Shown here: piece after piece, positions 19,160-28,680 of the stretch
Layout of the letters: each line of letters starts with the position of its first letter
Numbering within the stretch: the first letter of the stretch is position 1
Source: Campylobacteraceae bacterium
GTDB lineage: Bacteria > Campylobacterota > Campylobacteria > Campylobacterales > Sulfurovaceae
Direction of reading: 5' to 3'
Assembly (NCBI GenBank): GCA_027055805.1
Contig: JALUMR010000022.1
Coordinates: forward strand, 1-46,259
DNA: 46,259 nt
The notes under the pieces: model-generated
Databases searched by the model: none
Told to the model about the DNA's origin: nothing
The model's input: the letters and a program-made list of their open reading frames with translations, nothing else
Program-made: the position numbers and the translations under genes

Positions 19160-20670
19160 TGTTTATAGATCCTAAAAACATTACTATGGATGTCTTAAAT
19201 CTTGCTACCCTTATGCCAATGCTTATTGCTATTGGTGGTGGTTTGGTTATTTTGACTATTGATTTGATAAAAGAGAACATTCATAAATCTCTTTATGTTA
19301 TGTTAACAATTCTTATTTTGTTTGTAGATTTAGGGGCTACATTGGGGCTAAACTTTGGACCCAATGAAAAAGGTTTCTTTGATGTTATGTTGATTGATGG
19401 TCTTGCCATCTTATCACAAGTGCTTATTTTGGTAGCATCTGTGCTATTTATTCCTCTAGCATTGACATCAAAAAGGTTTCATGAATATTCATACCCTGAA
19501 TTTTTTGCACTTTTCTTGTTTATGATTGCAGGATTCCAATTTATGGTAAGCTCAGATAACTTGATTCTTATCTTTATTGGTCTTGAAACTGCTTCATTGT
19601 CACTCTATACTTTGATTGCAATGCACAACAGACACAACTCATTTGAGGCAGCTGTTAAGTACTTTACCATGGGTGCATTGGCTGCAGGTTTCTTTACTAT
19701 GGGTTCAGCAGTTCTTTATGGTATCTCTGGAAGTTTAGAGTTGTATCAAATTGCACCTGCTATTCAGAGTAGAATGGGTGAACCAGGTATGATGATGTTT
19801 TTACTTGGTGGTGCAGGGTTACTTTTAACTGCATTTGCATTTAAACTCTCTTTGTTCCCTTTCCATACATGGGCTCCAGATGTATATGAAGGTGCATCAG
19901 CTCCATTGGCTGGTTATATGTCAGTTGTTCCAAAAATTGCAGCATTTGTTGTCTCTATGAGAATTTTTGAGATGTTTATTGACCTTCAAATTGAGTGGGT
20001 TCAAACCATGATTATTATCTTGTCTGTTCTTACCATGACATTGGCAAACCTCATGGCACTGGTTCAAGAAGATGTTAAACGTATGTTAGCATACTCTTCT
20101 ATCTCTCATGCTGGTTTTGTCATGGTAGCGATTGCTCTTGCAACAGAGAAAGCAAATATAGGTATATTCTTATACTACGGACTCTTTATGTTTACAAACC
20201 TTGGTGCATTTGCAATGTTATGGGTAAGTCGTCATAAACATAGAGTTCACCATGCACGATATGACCACCCTTACGAGAAGTTCTCAGGTATGGTAAAAAT
20301 CATGCCAATGGGTGCTATAGTTATGGGTCTGTTCATGTTGTCTTTGGCTGGTGTTCCTCCATTTTCAGTATTTTGGGGTAAAGTTTACCTAATGTCTGCG
20401 ACGATTGATGCAGGGTATACATGGTTAGCGATTATTATGGGTCTTAACTCTGCTATTGCAGCGTATTACTACTTGAAACTTGTTGTTTATATGTTCTTAA
20501 AAGAGCCAACAGAACAGGTAACAAAAGAGACTACGTACTACAACGTTTCTAAACCTCTTTTGACCATTCTTGGTTTGGCTGTATTTGTAACTGTAGGTTC
20601 AATCTTCTATGTTGACCCACTTATAGAATACATTACAGAGATGATAAGAGCTACAAACTTCGGTATATAG
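19159..20670 (+). CDS. nuoN: NADH-quinone oxidoreductase subunit N
   Basis: [20 protein letters not shown] and [13 protein letters not shown]. Confidence 0.97.
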   Translation: MFIDPKNITMDVLNLATLMPMLIAIGGGLVILTIDLIKENIHKSLYVMLTILILFVDLGATLGLNFGPNEKGFFDVMLIDGLAILSQVLILVASVLFIPLALTSKRFHEYSYPEFFALFLFMIAGFQFMVSSDNLILIFIGLETASLSLYTLIAMHNRHNSFEAAVKYFTMGALAAGFFTMGSAVLYGISGSLELYQIAPAIQSRMGEPGMMMFLLGGAGLLLTAFAFKLSLFPFHTWAPDVYEGASAPLAGYMSVVPKIAAFVVSMRIFEMFIDLQIEWVQTMIIILSVLTMTLANLMALVQEDVKRMLAYSSISHAGFVMVAIALATEKANIGIFLYYGLFMFTNLGAFAMLWVSRHKHRVHHARYDHPYEKFSGMVKIMPMGAIVMGLFMLSLAGVPPFSVFWGKVYLMSATIDAGYTWLAIIMGLNSAIAAYYYLKLVVYMFLKEPTEQVTKETTYYNVSKPLLTILGLAVFVTVGSIFYVDPLIEYITEMIRATNFGI

Positions 20671-20690
20671 TTTTTATATCTATTTTTCTC

Positions 20691-20827
20691 GTTCCCAAGC
20701 TCCAGAGATTGTGAAAGAACTAGGAGAGGGGACTTTAGTCCCGTAAAAAATCCTTATTCCATAGGATTCGTGGACTAAAGTCCACGCCCCTAAGGAAGTT
20801 CTTTTGCAGTCTCTTCAGCTTGGGAAC
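20691..20827. mobile_element. Nested repeat copy 1: 111-bp MITE-like element (20704-20814) inside a short REP-like palindrome
   Basis: Inner TIRs AGAGATTGTGAAAGAAC / GTTCTTTTGCAGTCTCT with two internal GGACTTTAGTCC-type hairpins. Outer arms GTTCCCAAGCT / AGCTTGGGAAC. A second copy lies at 34622-34758. Confidence 0.85.
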
Positions 20828-20904
20828 ATCTATTAGACTTTTACGCTTTAATAACTTCTTTCTTAAATCCTATATCGCTATAATTCTTCTAAAAAAGATA
20901 ACCA

Positions 20905-21753
20905 ATGAACTTAAAATCCGACTGTCTATCCTGCCTACTAAACCAATCACTTCGCGTAGCTAAAAATCTAAATCTTGATGAAATCACTTCTAAAAAAATG
21001 ATGCAAGTAGCTTCAGCTTCTATTGCCAATTATGAAGAAGTGTCTCCACCTGTTGCTGCTGCTGATTTATACCCAAAACTGGCTTCTTTTACAGATAGTG
21101 ATGATGTCTATAAAGCACTTAAAGAGCTTTCTACACAAGAGGCGAGTAAGTTACTCCCTAGTATAAAAAAGCAGGTTAAAAGCACTTCTGATGCCATTAA
21201 AGCTGCTGTAGCTGGAAATGTTATAGATTTTGCCACTCCTAATCACTTTGACTTAGAAATAGAGTTTGAAAAAGTATTTAAGAGAGATTTTGCCATAGAT
21301 AATGAAACTCGATTTTTAGAACGTCTAAAAGATGCCAAAACTTTTATGATAGTAGGTGACAATGTCGGTGAGCATGTTTTTGATAAGTTACTTTTAGAGC
21401 AGATAGCCAAAGAGTATCCAAAACTAAAACTCTACTACGCTGTAAGAGGAAGACCCATTATTAACGATGTAACTCTTTTAGAAGCAAAAGAGATACATAT
21501 GGAAGAGGTAGCAACAGTGGTAGACTCAGGAGTAGATACTCCAGGTTTAGCTTATACACATGCTAGTAATGAATTTATGAACCTATACAACAGTATGGAC
21601 TTAATTATCGCTAAAGGTATGGGAAATTATGAGTGCCTAGAAGATGTAAAAGACAAGAGACTTTTTCATCTCTTTAAAGTCAAGTGTGATGTCGTAGCAG
21701 CTGATGTCAAAGCAGAATTAGGAGCTTTGATTTTTATCAATAATAGAATATAA
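20905..21753 (+). CDS. DUF89/ARMT1-like damage-control phosphatase
   Basis: N-terminal CxxC, AGNVID, DNVGE, PIINDVT and KGMGNYE. Confidence 0.9.
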   Translation: MNLKSDCLSCLLNQSLRVAKNLNLDEITSKKMMQVASASIANYEEVSPPVAAADLYPKLASFTDSDDVYKALKELSTQEASKLLPSIKKQVKSTSDAIKAAVAGNVIDFATPNHFDLEIEFEKVFKRDFAIDNETRFLERLKDAKTFMIVGDNVGEHVFDKLLLEQIAKEYPKLKLYYAVRGRPIINDVTLLEAKEIHMEEVATVVDSGVDTPGLAYTHASNEFMNLYNSMDLIIAKGMGNYECLEDVKDKRLFHLFKVKCDVVAADVKAELGALIFINNRI

Positions 21754-22260
21754 CCATCAGCTTAAAATATCACTACTAAAGCCTAATTAAGCTAAATTTT
21801 ATTGAATAGTATATAAATTACCTTATAAATAAAATTACTAAATTAGGTATTAATATCTCTATACATTTAATTTTAAAATCTTTCTTCTTTCCCCTTTTAA
21901 TAGATATAGTATTCTATAAAATTTATATTAACTAATTATATACACTTTAAATAAACACTATAGAGCCCGTTAAATATAGCTTTTGACTCTTTTGTCTAGT
22001 GAATTTATATTGAACTTTTCACTACTGTAATTATAAATAAGTTTTGTTTATCTCTTTTTATTACTTTTAATTTTATTTGATTTTATGATATATAAATAGG
22101 TAAAGTTAGGAGAATTATATGAAATAAGACAATTTTAAACCTTATTTACTCAAATAAAATAGTAATTTTAAATTTTAATGTTTTTTTTTAAAGTTTAAAC
22201 CTTATTTAAATAAAAATAAAATAAACTAGAATAATATTTCAAAATATTAAAAGGATAAAA

Positions 22261-24420
22261 ATGAAAACAGATGTGTTCACAAGGTTAAAACAGCTTATGT
22301 TTTTTATGTTTCTACTCTTTGCTAGTATGACAAAAGCAAGTGCAGTAGATACTATAAACTCAATCAATGGTCCAACTTCCATTACAAGAGGTAAAAGTAT
22401 TACAGTAAATATCGACTATGAGACAGGAGATAAAGATTTATTATTTGTGTTACAAGAAGGACAGTATCCATGGAGAATCTATCATACAGTAAGAAAACAT
22501 AGTAATGAAGATGGAAGACAAATTGAATTTACTGTACCTGATGCTATTCCAGCCAATATACCTTTGATGTACCAAGCCATCTTAACTAAAAAAGGAAAAT
22601 CTTGGAATGATAGAGTAAGTGTAAAATATCAAGAAGGTATGGTATTAAATACTGCTAAAGTAGAAAACTCTACAAAAAATGAACAGGCTACTTTAGATAA
22701 AAGTAAATGGTCATATTTTGGTAATACTTATGGAAAGCAAAGTCGTACCTATAATGGAAATCTTTTTATCTATTCAACACCTAAAGATATAGGCTCAGGA
22801 ATCTATCAAAAGATATCAACAGAAATAGGAAGAGAGTATGAAGTCACTGCCATACTGATAGGTTCAGACACCAATAGAAAAGAACAATTTAATGGAGAAT
22901 CATATTTAACTATAAGTAGTGCATTTCCAACACAAGGTAAAAATTCTGTATTTGAAGAATCAGAACATGTTACGGGAGCTATAGAAACTAAAGTTAGTTT
23001 TAGATTTACAGCTATATCTAGCAAAACTTATTTAGCACTTAGAAGTGATAGATCTTGGCACTATGCAAGTGCAAGAGCCATATCTGTAAAAGTAGTAGGT
23101 AATGACTCAATAGAAGATACGACCAAGCCAGTTATTACGCTTAATGGTGATACTAGTATTACATTATATCAAAATGAAACATATGTAGAACTAGGTGCAA
23201 CAGCCAATGATAATGTAGATGGAGACATTACAGCAAATATAGAAATTGGATCTAATGTAGATACCTCAACAGTTGGAACATATAAAGTAAAATATAATGT
23301 TTCTGATACAGATGATAATGAAGCAGTTGAAGTTATAAGAACCGTGCGAGTAGTAGCTAAATCAGAACATTATAAACCTTTAAGAGTAGTTAATTTAACA
23401 GATACATTTGTAATAAATCAAAATAATCAGATAATAGAAAATATACATTTTATATGTAATAACACAAATTTTGAAGCACTTAAGATTTCTGCATATAATA
23501 CATTAGTAAAAGGTAATTTATTTGAAAATTGTGCAACAGGTATTAATTTATCTGACGCATTCAATACTCATATTATGGGTAATCGATTTAAGCATGTAGG
23601 TAGTGGTATTGTTGCAACAGGTATGGAAGAGAACTCAGTTATAACATATAATGAATTTATAAATATGGGTGAAATTAACTGTGATGTAGCTACAGGTGGG
23701 GGGAATTGTAATATATATGGTCCTAGAGAATTAAGTAAAAATAATATTTTTTCACATAATCTTGTAGATAATCGAGGATTTAATGCTCGATATATGGAGG
23801 ACTATATAGGAATATTTAGTGGTAGTGCAGATATTAAACAAAATATAAAAGTTGAAGACAATACATTGATAGGAAGTTTAGTTTCTAGTAGCTCTGGTGC
23901 GTGTATTATTGGTGATGGAGAAGGCTCAGGGTATGAAATTAGAAGAAATAAATGCTACAATGTATCTGGGTATGGTATAGGAATAGCAAGTAATAAGGAT
24001 GCGAGGATAGAAGATAACTTAGTTTATATGGATAAGGAACATGTGGAACATATAACGAAATTTAATTCTAATATAAAAAGTGATGGTTCTTATACTTTTG
24101 GTGCAACAAGATATCATGGTTCTTGTGCTAAAAATATAACACTTAGAAACAATAAAAGTTACAGCTATATACAGTCTGACTATGGAAATCTTAATTATGG
24201 ATGGCAATGCTTAACTAATGAAGGTGGCAACTTTATTGCTGACAATAAAAATATCTCTAAGAATGGAGATGGAGATATAGTTTTTTCTATAAACGGAAAC
24301 TATAAAAATAATATTGTACTTCAGGGAAATACATTTTATAGATATGACCCTTATTGGAAAATTCCAAGCAACTTATTTGATGGTTTAGATAGTAACTATT
24401 TTAGTGGAAATACACATTAA
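22261..24420 (+). CDS. Secreted multidomain protein: signal peptide, beta-sandwich/CBM-like domains, DUF5011-like Ig domain, right-handed beta-helix
   Basis: Signal peptide ending ASA. DTTKPVITLNG...ELGATA.DNVDGDIT Ig motif. Asn/Ile-rich PbH1-like repeats (VKGNLF, IMGNRF, VEDNTL, IRRNKC, IEDNLV). Confidence 0.8.
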   Translation: MKTDVFTRLKQLMFFMFLLFASMTKASAVDTINSINGPTSITRGKSITVNIDYETGDKDLLFVLQEGQYPWRIYHTVRKHSNEDGRQIEFTVPDAIPANIPLMYQAILTKKGKSWNDRVSVKYQEGMVLNTAKVENSTKNEQATLDKSKWSYFGNTYGKQSRTYNGNLFIYSTPKDIGSGIYQKISTEIGREYEVTAILIGSDTNRKEQFNGESYLTISSAFPTQGKNSVFEESEHVTGAIETKVSFRFTAISSKTYLALRSDRSWHYASARAISVKVVGNDSIEDTTKPVITLNGDTSITLYQNETYVELGATANDNVDGDITANIEIGSNVDTSTVGTYKVKYNVSDTDDNEAVEVIRTVRVVAKSEHYKPLRVVNLTDTFVINQNNQIIENIHFICNNTNFEALKISAYNTLVKGNLFENCATGINLSDAFNTHIMGNRFKHVGSGIVATGMEENSVITYNEFINMGEINCDVATGGGNCNIYGPRELSKNNIFSHNLVDNRGFNARYMEDYIGIFSGSADIKQNIKVEDNTLIGSLVSSSSGACIIGDGEGSGYEIRRNKCYNVSGYGIGIASNKDARIEDNLVYMDKEHVEHITKFNSNIKSDGSYTFGATRYHGSCAKNITLRNNKSYSYIQSDYGNLNYGWQCLTNEGGNFIADNKNISKNGDGDIVFSINGNYKNNIVLQGNTFYRYDPYWKIPSNLFDGLDSNYFSGNTH

Positions 24421-24441
24421 GATATATTTATTGAGGTTAGC

Positions 24442-24620
24442 TTAGAATATATCTTTCCTTAACAATAAATCACTCAACTCCTCCAACGGCAAAGCAGTTT
24501 TTTCTTTAAACTGTGATGCATTAAAGGTTCTTTGCCTTTTTGCGAGTTGGGCTGTGTGGGTGACTATTTTTTTTTCATTTCTATTTTACTTTAGTACCCA
24601 TCTATGTAAGATAAAACCTC
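24442..24620 (-). pseudogene. miaA: Degenerate second copy of the miaA 3' end
   Basis: Matches about 27166-27333 (e.g. ttaaaggttctttgcctttttgcgagttgggctgtgtgggtgactattt is identical). Encodes ...[41 protein letters not shown]; has a 1-bp deletion and an internal stop. Confidence 0.9.
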
Positions 24621-24780
24621 TAATATATTTAGGATTGATTCTAAAGTAAATGTGAAGTATGGATATGGTTCTTATGTCGATTCAAACAGTTTTTCTAACT
24701 GGGAAAATCATGGCTACGATGAAGACTCTACTGTCATTAAAGATAGTATAAAATCAGTAGTACTTATAAATCTATCTCTA
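24621..24780 (+). pseudogene. Fragment of a paralog of the C-terminal region of the 25055-27154 beta-helix protein
   Basis: NIFRIDSKVNVK...NWENHGYDEDSTVIKDSIKSVVLINLSL aligns with NIIRINSGTDVK...QWNTYGYDEGSTIIKDSTKPVVLINPSL. Confidence 0.8.
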
Positions 24781-24825
24781 CTTATAGGATTTTATTTAAC
24801 AAATATGAAATTATACTTTAAAATA

Positions 24826-24964
24826 TTGGCATCCTATCCTTCATGACTAGCTAAAAGTAGTTGACACTTTAGGGGCAGTCGCTGTTATCTATTTCATGGA
24901 CTGAAGTCCATGCTCCTAAAACACTCAATATGCAAAAGTGTAAACTACCTCTGAAGGATGCCAA
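24826..24964. mobile_element. Second type of nested MITE/REP-like element
   Basis: Outer arms TTGGCATCCT(ATCCT)TCA / TGAAGGATGCCAA. Inner TIRs GTAGTTGACACTTT (24857-24870) / AAAGTGTAAACTAC (24935-24948). Internal hairpin CATGGACTGAAGTCCATG. Confidence 0.65.
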
Positions 24965-25054
24965 AATATTAATATGTATGTTATAGTATTAAACTTTATT
25001 TCAACAAAAATGAAATAAACTAAAATAATATTTAAAAATAAAAGGGGATAAAAA

Positions 25055-27154
25055 GTGAAAAATTTTTACTTTGTTATATTTATTGTATTTATGTTTTCTG
25101 GATGTGGAAATAATGCAGATAATGAAATTACTAAAACCGATGATACATTAAGAGTAATTAATATAGAAGGTTCTGACAAAAAGTATAGCCAACTTCAAGA
25201 TGCAGTAAATGCTACAAAAGAGGGAGATACTATTGTTTTAGGTAATGGTTTATATAAAGCAGATGTTACAGTAAATACAAATAACTTAACAATAAAAGCT
25301 GCAACAGATGCAAAAAATGTTGTACTAAGTGGTGATAAACCTGTAGTAAATTGGAAATATGATAGTAGTAAAGAGCTTTATTATGCTCCATCTCCCTGTA
25401 GTCCATTAAATTATAATGATATACATGATATACCTTATGTCAATGATAAGGGAAAAAAAGATGTACATCCTGCTAAAAGAATGAGTGGTGTAGATGCTCT
25501 ATTTATAAAGGGAGAAGAGAAGAGAGCTTCGAGATATCCTAATAGTGGATATTTAACAGTTAAAGAGTCACCATCAAAATCAAAATTTTCATTAAGAAAC
25601 TTTAATATGACCAATGAGGATATGAAAGACTCTGTAGCACATATACGTATGAGCCAGTGGAGACTTGCATCTCGACGTGTAAAAAGTTATGCATATGGTT
25701 ATATTAATCTTGAATCAGAAGCTATTTCTGATGAAAACACTATTTCTCCTCAATATAAAGTCTTTTTCACGCAAGTTGTAAGTGCGATTGATTCGAATGA
25801 AGAGTGGGCATGGAATGCCAATAAAATTTATATGAAGTCAGATGCAGAGCCTCAAGGTGTAAGCGTTGCTTGTAGTGAATATGGAATTCATCTTGGTATA
25901 AAAGTAAAGAAAGTTACGATTGATGGGTTAAATATTACTAAAATTAGAGGAAATGGTATCGATAAAGTAGATGATACTCGAACAGGTGTAAATGATGATT
26001 TAATTATAAAAAATAATATTATCTCTTATGTGTCTGGATGGGGTATAAAAGTGAGAGATTTTTATAAAAGATATGAACGTCTTCCAGCAGATACGACTAT
26101 ACAAGGTAATGAGATACATCATGCTAGAACAGGTGGAATGCGTATATTTGCAGACAATACACTGGTAGATAGTAATTACGTACATGATATAGGGGCATCT
26201 AAACTTGATGATGATGTATTATCATTTGGAGATAATTTCATGTTATCAGGTATTTTTATAGCAAATAGTTCAGGAGCAAAGGTTTTTAATAATAGAGTTA
26301 ATAATACAGGTTACAATGGAATATCTTTATCAAATTTTTGGCATGGCTGGATGTCTAATGGTGGTAGAATTGTAGAGAATAACTATGTCTCTAATGCAGT
26401 ATTGGCATTAAATGATGGTGCAGGGATTTATACTAAGACAGAAAAAACGCATGATAAAGAAAGAGGTGTAGACCCAGAAAGAGATATCATCCGTAATAAT
26501 ATTATAAAAAACTCCACTGGTTCATTTGTTGCTACGAAGACTGATTATCCTGAAGGTGAAGGGATATATTTAGATAATCTATCTTCCTATACTGATGTTA
26601 TAGGTAATACAGTAATTAATGCTACTAAAAGTCTCTATTTACATCAAAATTTTGAAATAAATATAAATAATAATACATTTATCTCTCCAAATACTGTAAG
26701 TATATTAATTGGTTATGCAGAAGATGATACTCAAGATAGTGAAAATATATTTATAAAAAATAATAAAATATTTTCGTCAGATAAGTTAACTTATAAAATT
26801 ATATTTAATTCAGGTCAAAAATATTTGACAGATTCAGACTTTAATATTATACGAATAAATAGTGGTACGGATGTAAAAATTAGACGTGGAGATGGACTAC
26901 TCCCTAATGTAAGCTTAAATCAATGGAATACTTATGGATACGATGAAGGCTCTACTATTATTAAAGATAGTACAAAACCAGTAGTGCTTATAAATCCATC
27001 TTTAAATAATTATGTATTTAATAATTTAGAAGGGTGTAGGAAGTTTAATAACACCTCTTTAGATGGAGCATCGAGTACTCTATTACCTTATCATTCATTA
27101 GTACTGTTTGGATGTAATAATTATCCTGCAGGAATATATAACAAAACAAAGTAG
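25055..27154 (+). CDS. Lipoprotein with a right-handed parallel beta-helix (pectin-lyase fold, possible glycan-active enzyme)
   Basis: GTG start and lipobox FSG-C. LQDAVNA...GDTIVL..G.Y cap, SRYPNSGY, LNDGAGIY, GIYLDN.S and many IxxNxI repeats. Confidence 0.82.
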   Translation: MKNFYFVIFIVFMFSGCGNNADNEITKTDDTLRVINIEGSDKKYSQLQDAVNATKEGDTIVLGNGLYKADVTVNTNNLTIKAATDAKNVVLSGDKPVVNWKYDSSKELYYAPSPCSPLNYNDIHDIPYVNDKGKKDVHPAKRMSGVDALFIKGEEKRASRYPNSGYLTVKESPSKSKFSLRNFNMTNEDMKDSVAHIRMSQWRLASRRVKSYAYGYINLESEAISDENTISPQYKVFFTQVVSAIDSNEEWAWNANKIYMKSDAEPQGVSVACSEYGIHLGIKVKKVTIDGLNITKIRGNGIDKVDDTRTGVNDDLIIKNNIISYVSGWGIKVRDFYKRYERLPADTTIQGNEIHHARTGGMRIFADNTLVDSNYVHDIGASKLDDDVLSFGDNFMLSGIFIANSSGAKVFNNRVNNTGYNGISLSNFWHGWMSNGGRIVENNYVSNAVLALNDGAGIYTKTEKTHDKERGVDPERDIIRNNIIKNSTGSFVATKTDYPEGEGIYLDNLSSYTDVIGNTVINATKSLYLHQNFEININNNTFISPNTVSILIGYAEDDTQDSENIFIKNNKIFSSDKLTYKIIFNSGQKYLTDSDFNIIRINSGTDVKIRRGDGLLPNVSLNQWNTYGYDEGSTIIKDSTKPVVLINPSLNNYVFNNLEGCRKFNNTSLDGASSTLLPYHSLVLFGCNNYPAGIYNKTK

Positions 27155-27165
27155 GAATAGTTAAC

Positions 27166-28062
27166 TTATTTTAGTAACAAGTCACTCAACTCCTCCAAAG
27201 GCAAAGCAGTTTTTTCTTTAAACTGCGATGTATTAAAGGTTCTTTGCCTTTTTGCGAGTTGGGCTGTGTGGGTGACTATTTTCTCTTTCATTTCTCTTTT
27301 TGTATGCTTACCATCTAGGTAAGATAGAACCTCTTTTATACCTATAGCTTTCATACAGTTTGGAGTACGTGTATAGTTTTTTTCTAGGTAAAATACTTCA
27401 TCTATAAGTCCAGACTTTATCATTTTTAGTGTTCTTGTGTTGATACGTTTTCTAAGAATTTCACGTTCTACGGTTATTTCATAAATAGGTAAAGGTTTCG
27501 TAATAGATGGTTTTGGAGGATGTGCCTCAAAATATTCACTCGGAGTCATGCCTGTTTGAAAGTATAAATTTAACATCTTTTCTATTCTGTAACGGTCATT
27601 TGTCTCTATGGACTTTAAGTACTTGCTGTCTATATCAGATAAAAACTTATGTGCAGTAGTTAAATCTTTCAGTAACTCATTACTCTTATCTTTTGCCTCT
27701 TTAGATATTTTTGGGAGTTCACTAATGCCATTAATAAGTGCGTTAAGATAAAAGCTTGTACCACCTACTATAATGAGATTTTTTTCATCTTTTACAGCTT
27801 GTTCTTTAGCTTGTTTGTAGAGTGTAATGAATGTTGTAACATCAAATGGTTCGTTTGGAAAAATAACATCTATTCCAAAATGTTGTATATTTTGTCGCTC
27901 TTCTACAGTAGGTTTAGCAGAAGCGATGTTTATCTCTTTATAAATGGCCAAAGAGTCTAAAGAGAGGATATAAGCGTTGTTTTTTTTTGCCAAATCAATA
28001 GACAAAGCAGTTTTTCCAGAGGCAGTAGAACCGATAATTGCAAGTTGTTTAAATGTATTCAT
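27166..28062 (-). CDS. miaA: tRNA dimethylallyltransferase
   Basis: GSTASGKT, DSLAIY, VGGTSFY, AIGIKE and LAKRQRTF. Confidence 0.96.
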   Translation of the reverse strand: MNTFKQLAIIGSTASGKTALSIDLAKKNNAYILSLDSLAIYKEINIASAKPTVEERQNIQHFGIDVIFPNEPFDVTTFITLYKQAKEQAVKDEKNLIIVGGTSFYLNALINGISELPKISKEAKDKSNELLKDLTTAHKFLSDIDSKYLKSIETNDRYRIEKMLNLYFQTGMTPSEYFEAHPPKPSITKPLPIYEITVEREILRKRINTRTLKMIKSGLIDEVFYLEKNYTRTPNCMKAIGIKEVLSYLDGKHTKREMKEKIVTHTAQLAKRQRTFNTSQFKEKTALPLEELSDLLLK

Positions 28063-28126
28063 AACCCAAATTATAGTTAAATAATCTAAAATAGGATAGA
28101 ATTACGTTTTATATTTAGGAGCAAAA

Positions 28127-28678
28127 ATGTTATTTGATAAAGACAACCGTTTTAACCTTGCCAATTTAATTACATTTGGTAATATCGCAGCAGGATTAAT
28201 TGCCATACACTTTATAGTTCATGGAGATTTTTTTACAGCTATTATTTTAGCATGGATTGCAGGTGCGTTAGATATTGCCGATGGAAAAGTGGCACGTAAA
28301 TATAAACTCTCTACAGAGTTTGGAATACAAGTTGACTCATATGCAGACTTTATCTCATTTGTAGTTATGCCATCATTTTTGCTCTACTATGCTATAACAG
28401 CAGATGCTTCAGGGCTGACACAACTTATTTTAGGTTTGGTATTTATTGCTTATATCGTTGCAGGGCTTAGACGATTGATTGAGTTTAATATGAAGTCAGA
28501 AGAGGGTGTGGTGACTAAGTTTTTTGAGGGTGTTCCTACTCCTTTAGGTGCTATTTTACAATGGGTTCTTTACCTTTTATTCTCTTATGGGGTTATTACC
28601 AATGCTTATGTTATTGGTCTGTTTGTAGTAGCGATTGCTTGGGCATTAAACTCTAAAATAAAAATTCCTCATCCATAA
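28127..28678 (+). CDS. CDP-alcohol phosphatidyltransferase (PssA-like)
   Basis: Signature DIADGKVARK...FG.Q.DS.AD. Confidence 0.88.
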   Translation: MLFDKDNRFNLANLITFGNIAAGLIAIHFIVHGDFFTAIILAWIAGALDIADGKVARKYKLSTEFGIQVDSYADFISFVVMPSFLLYYAITADASGLTQLILGLVFIAYIVAGLRRLIEFNMKSEEGVVTKFFEGVPTPLGAILQWVLYLLFSYGVITNAYVIGLFVVAIAWALNSKIKIPHP

Positions 28679-28680
28679 TT

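Noticed and set aside
24652-24846. 64-aa ORF as a real gene
   Set aside because: Homology to gene B starts upstream of the GTG and stops mid-ORF; treated as a pseudogene fragment.
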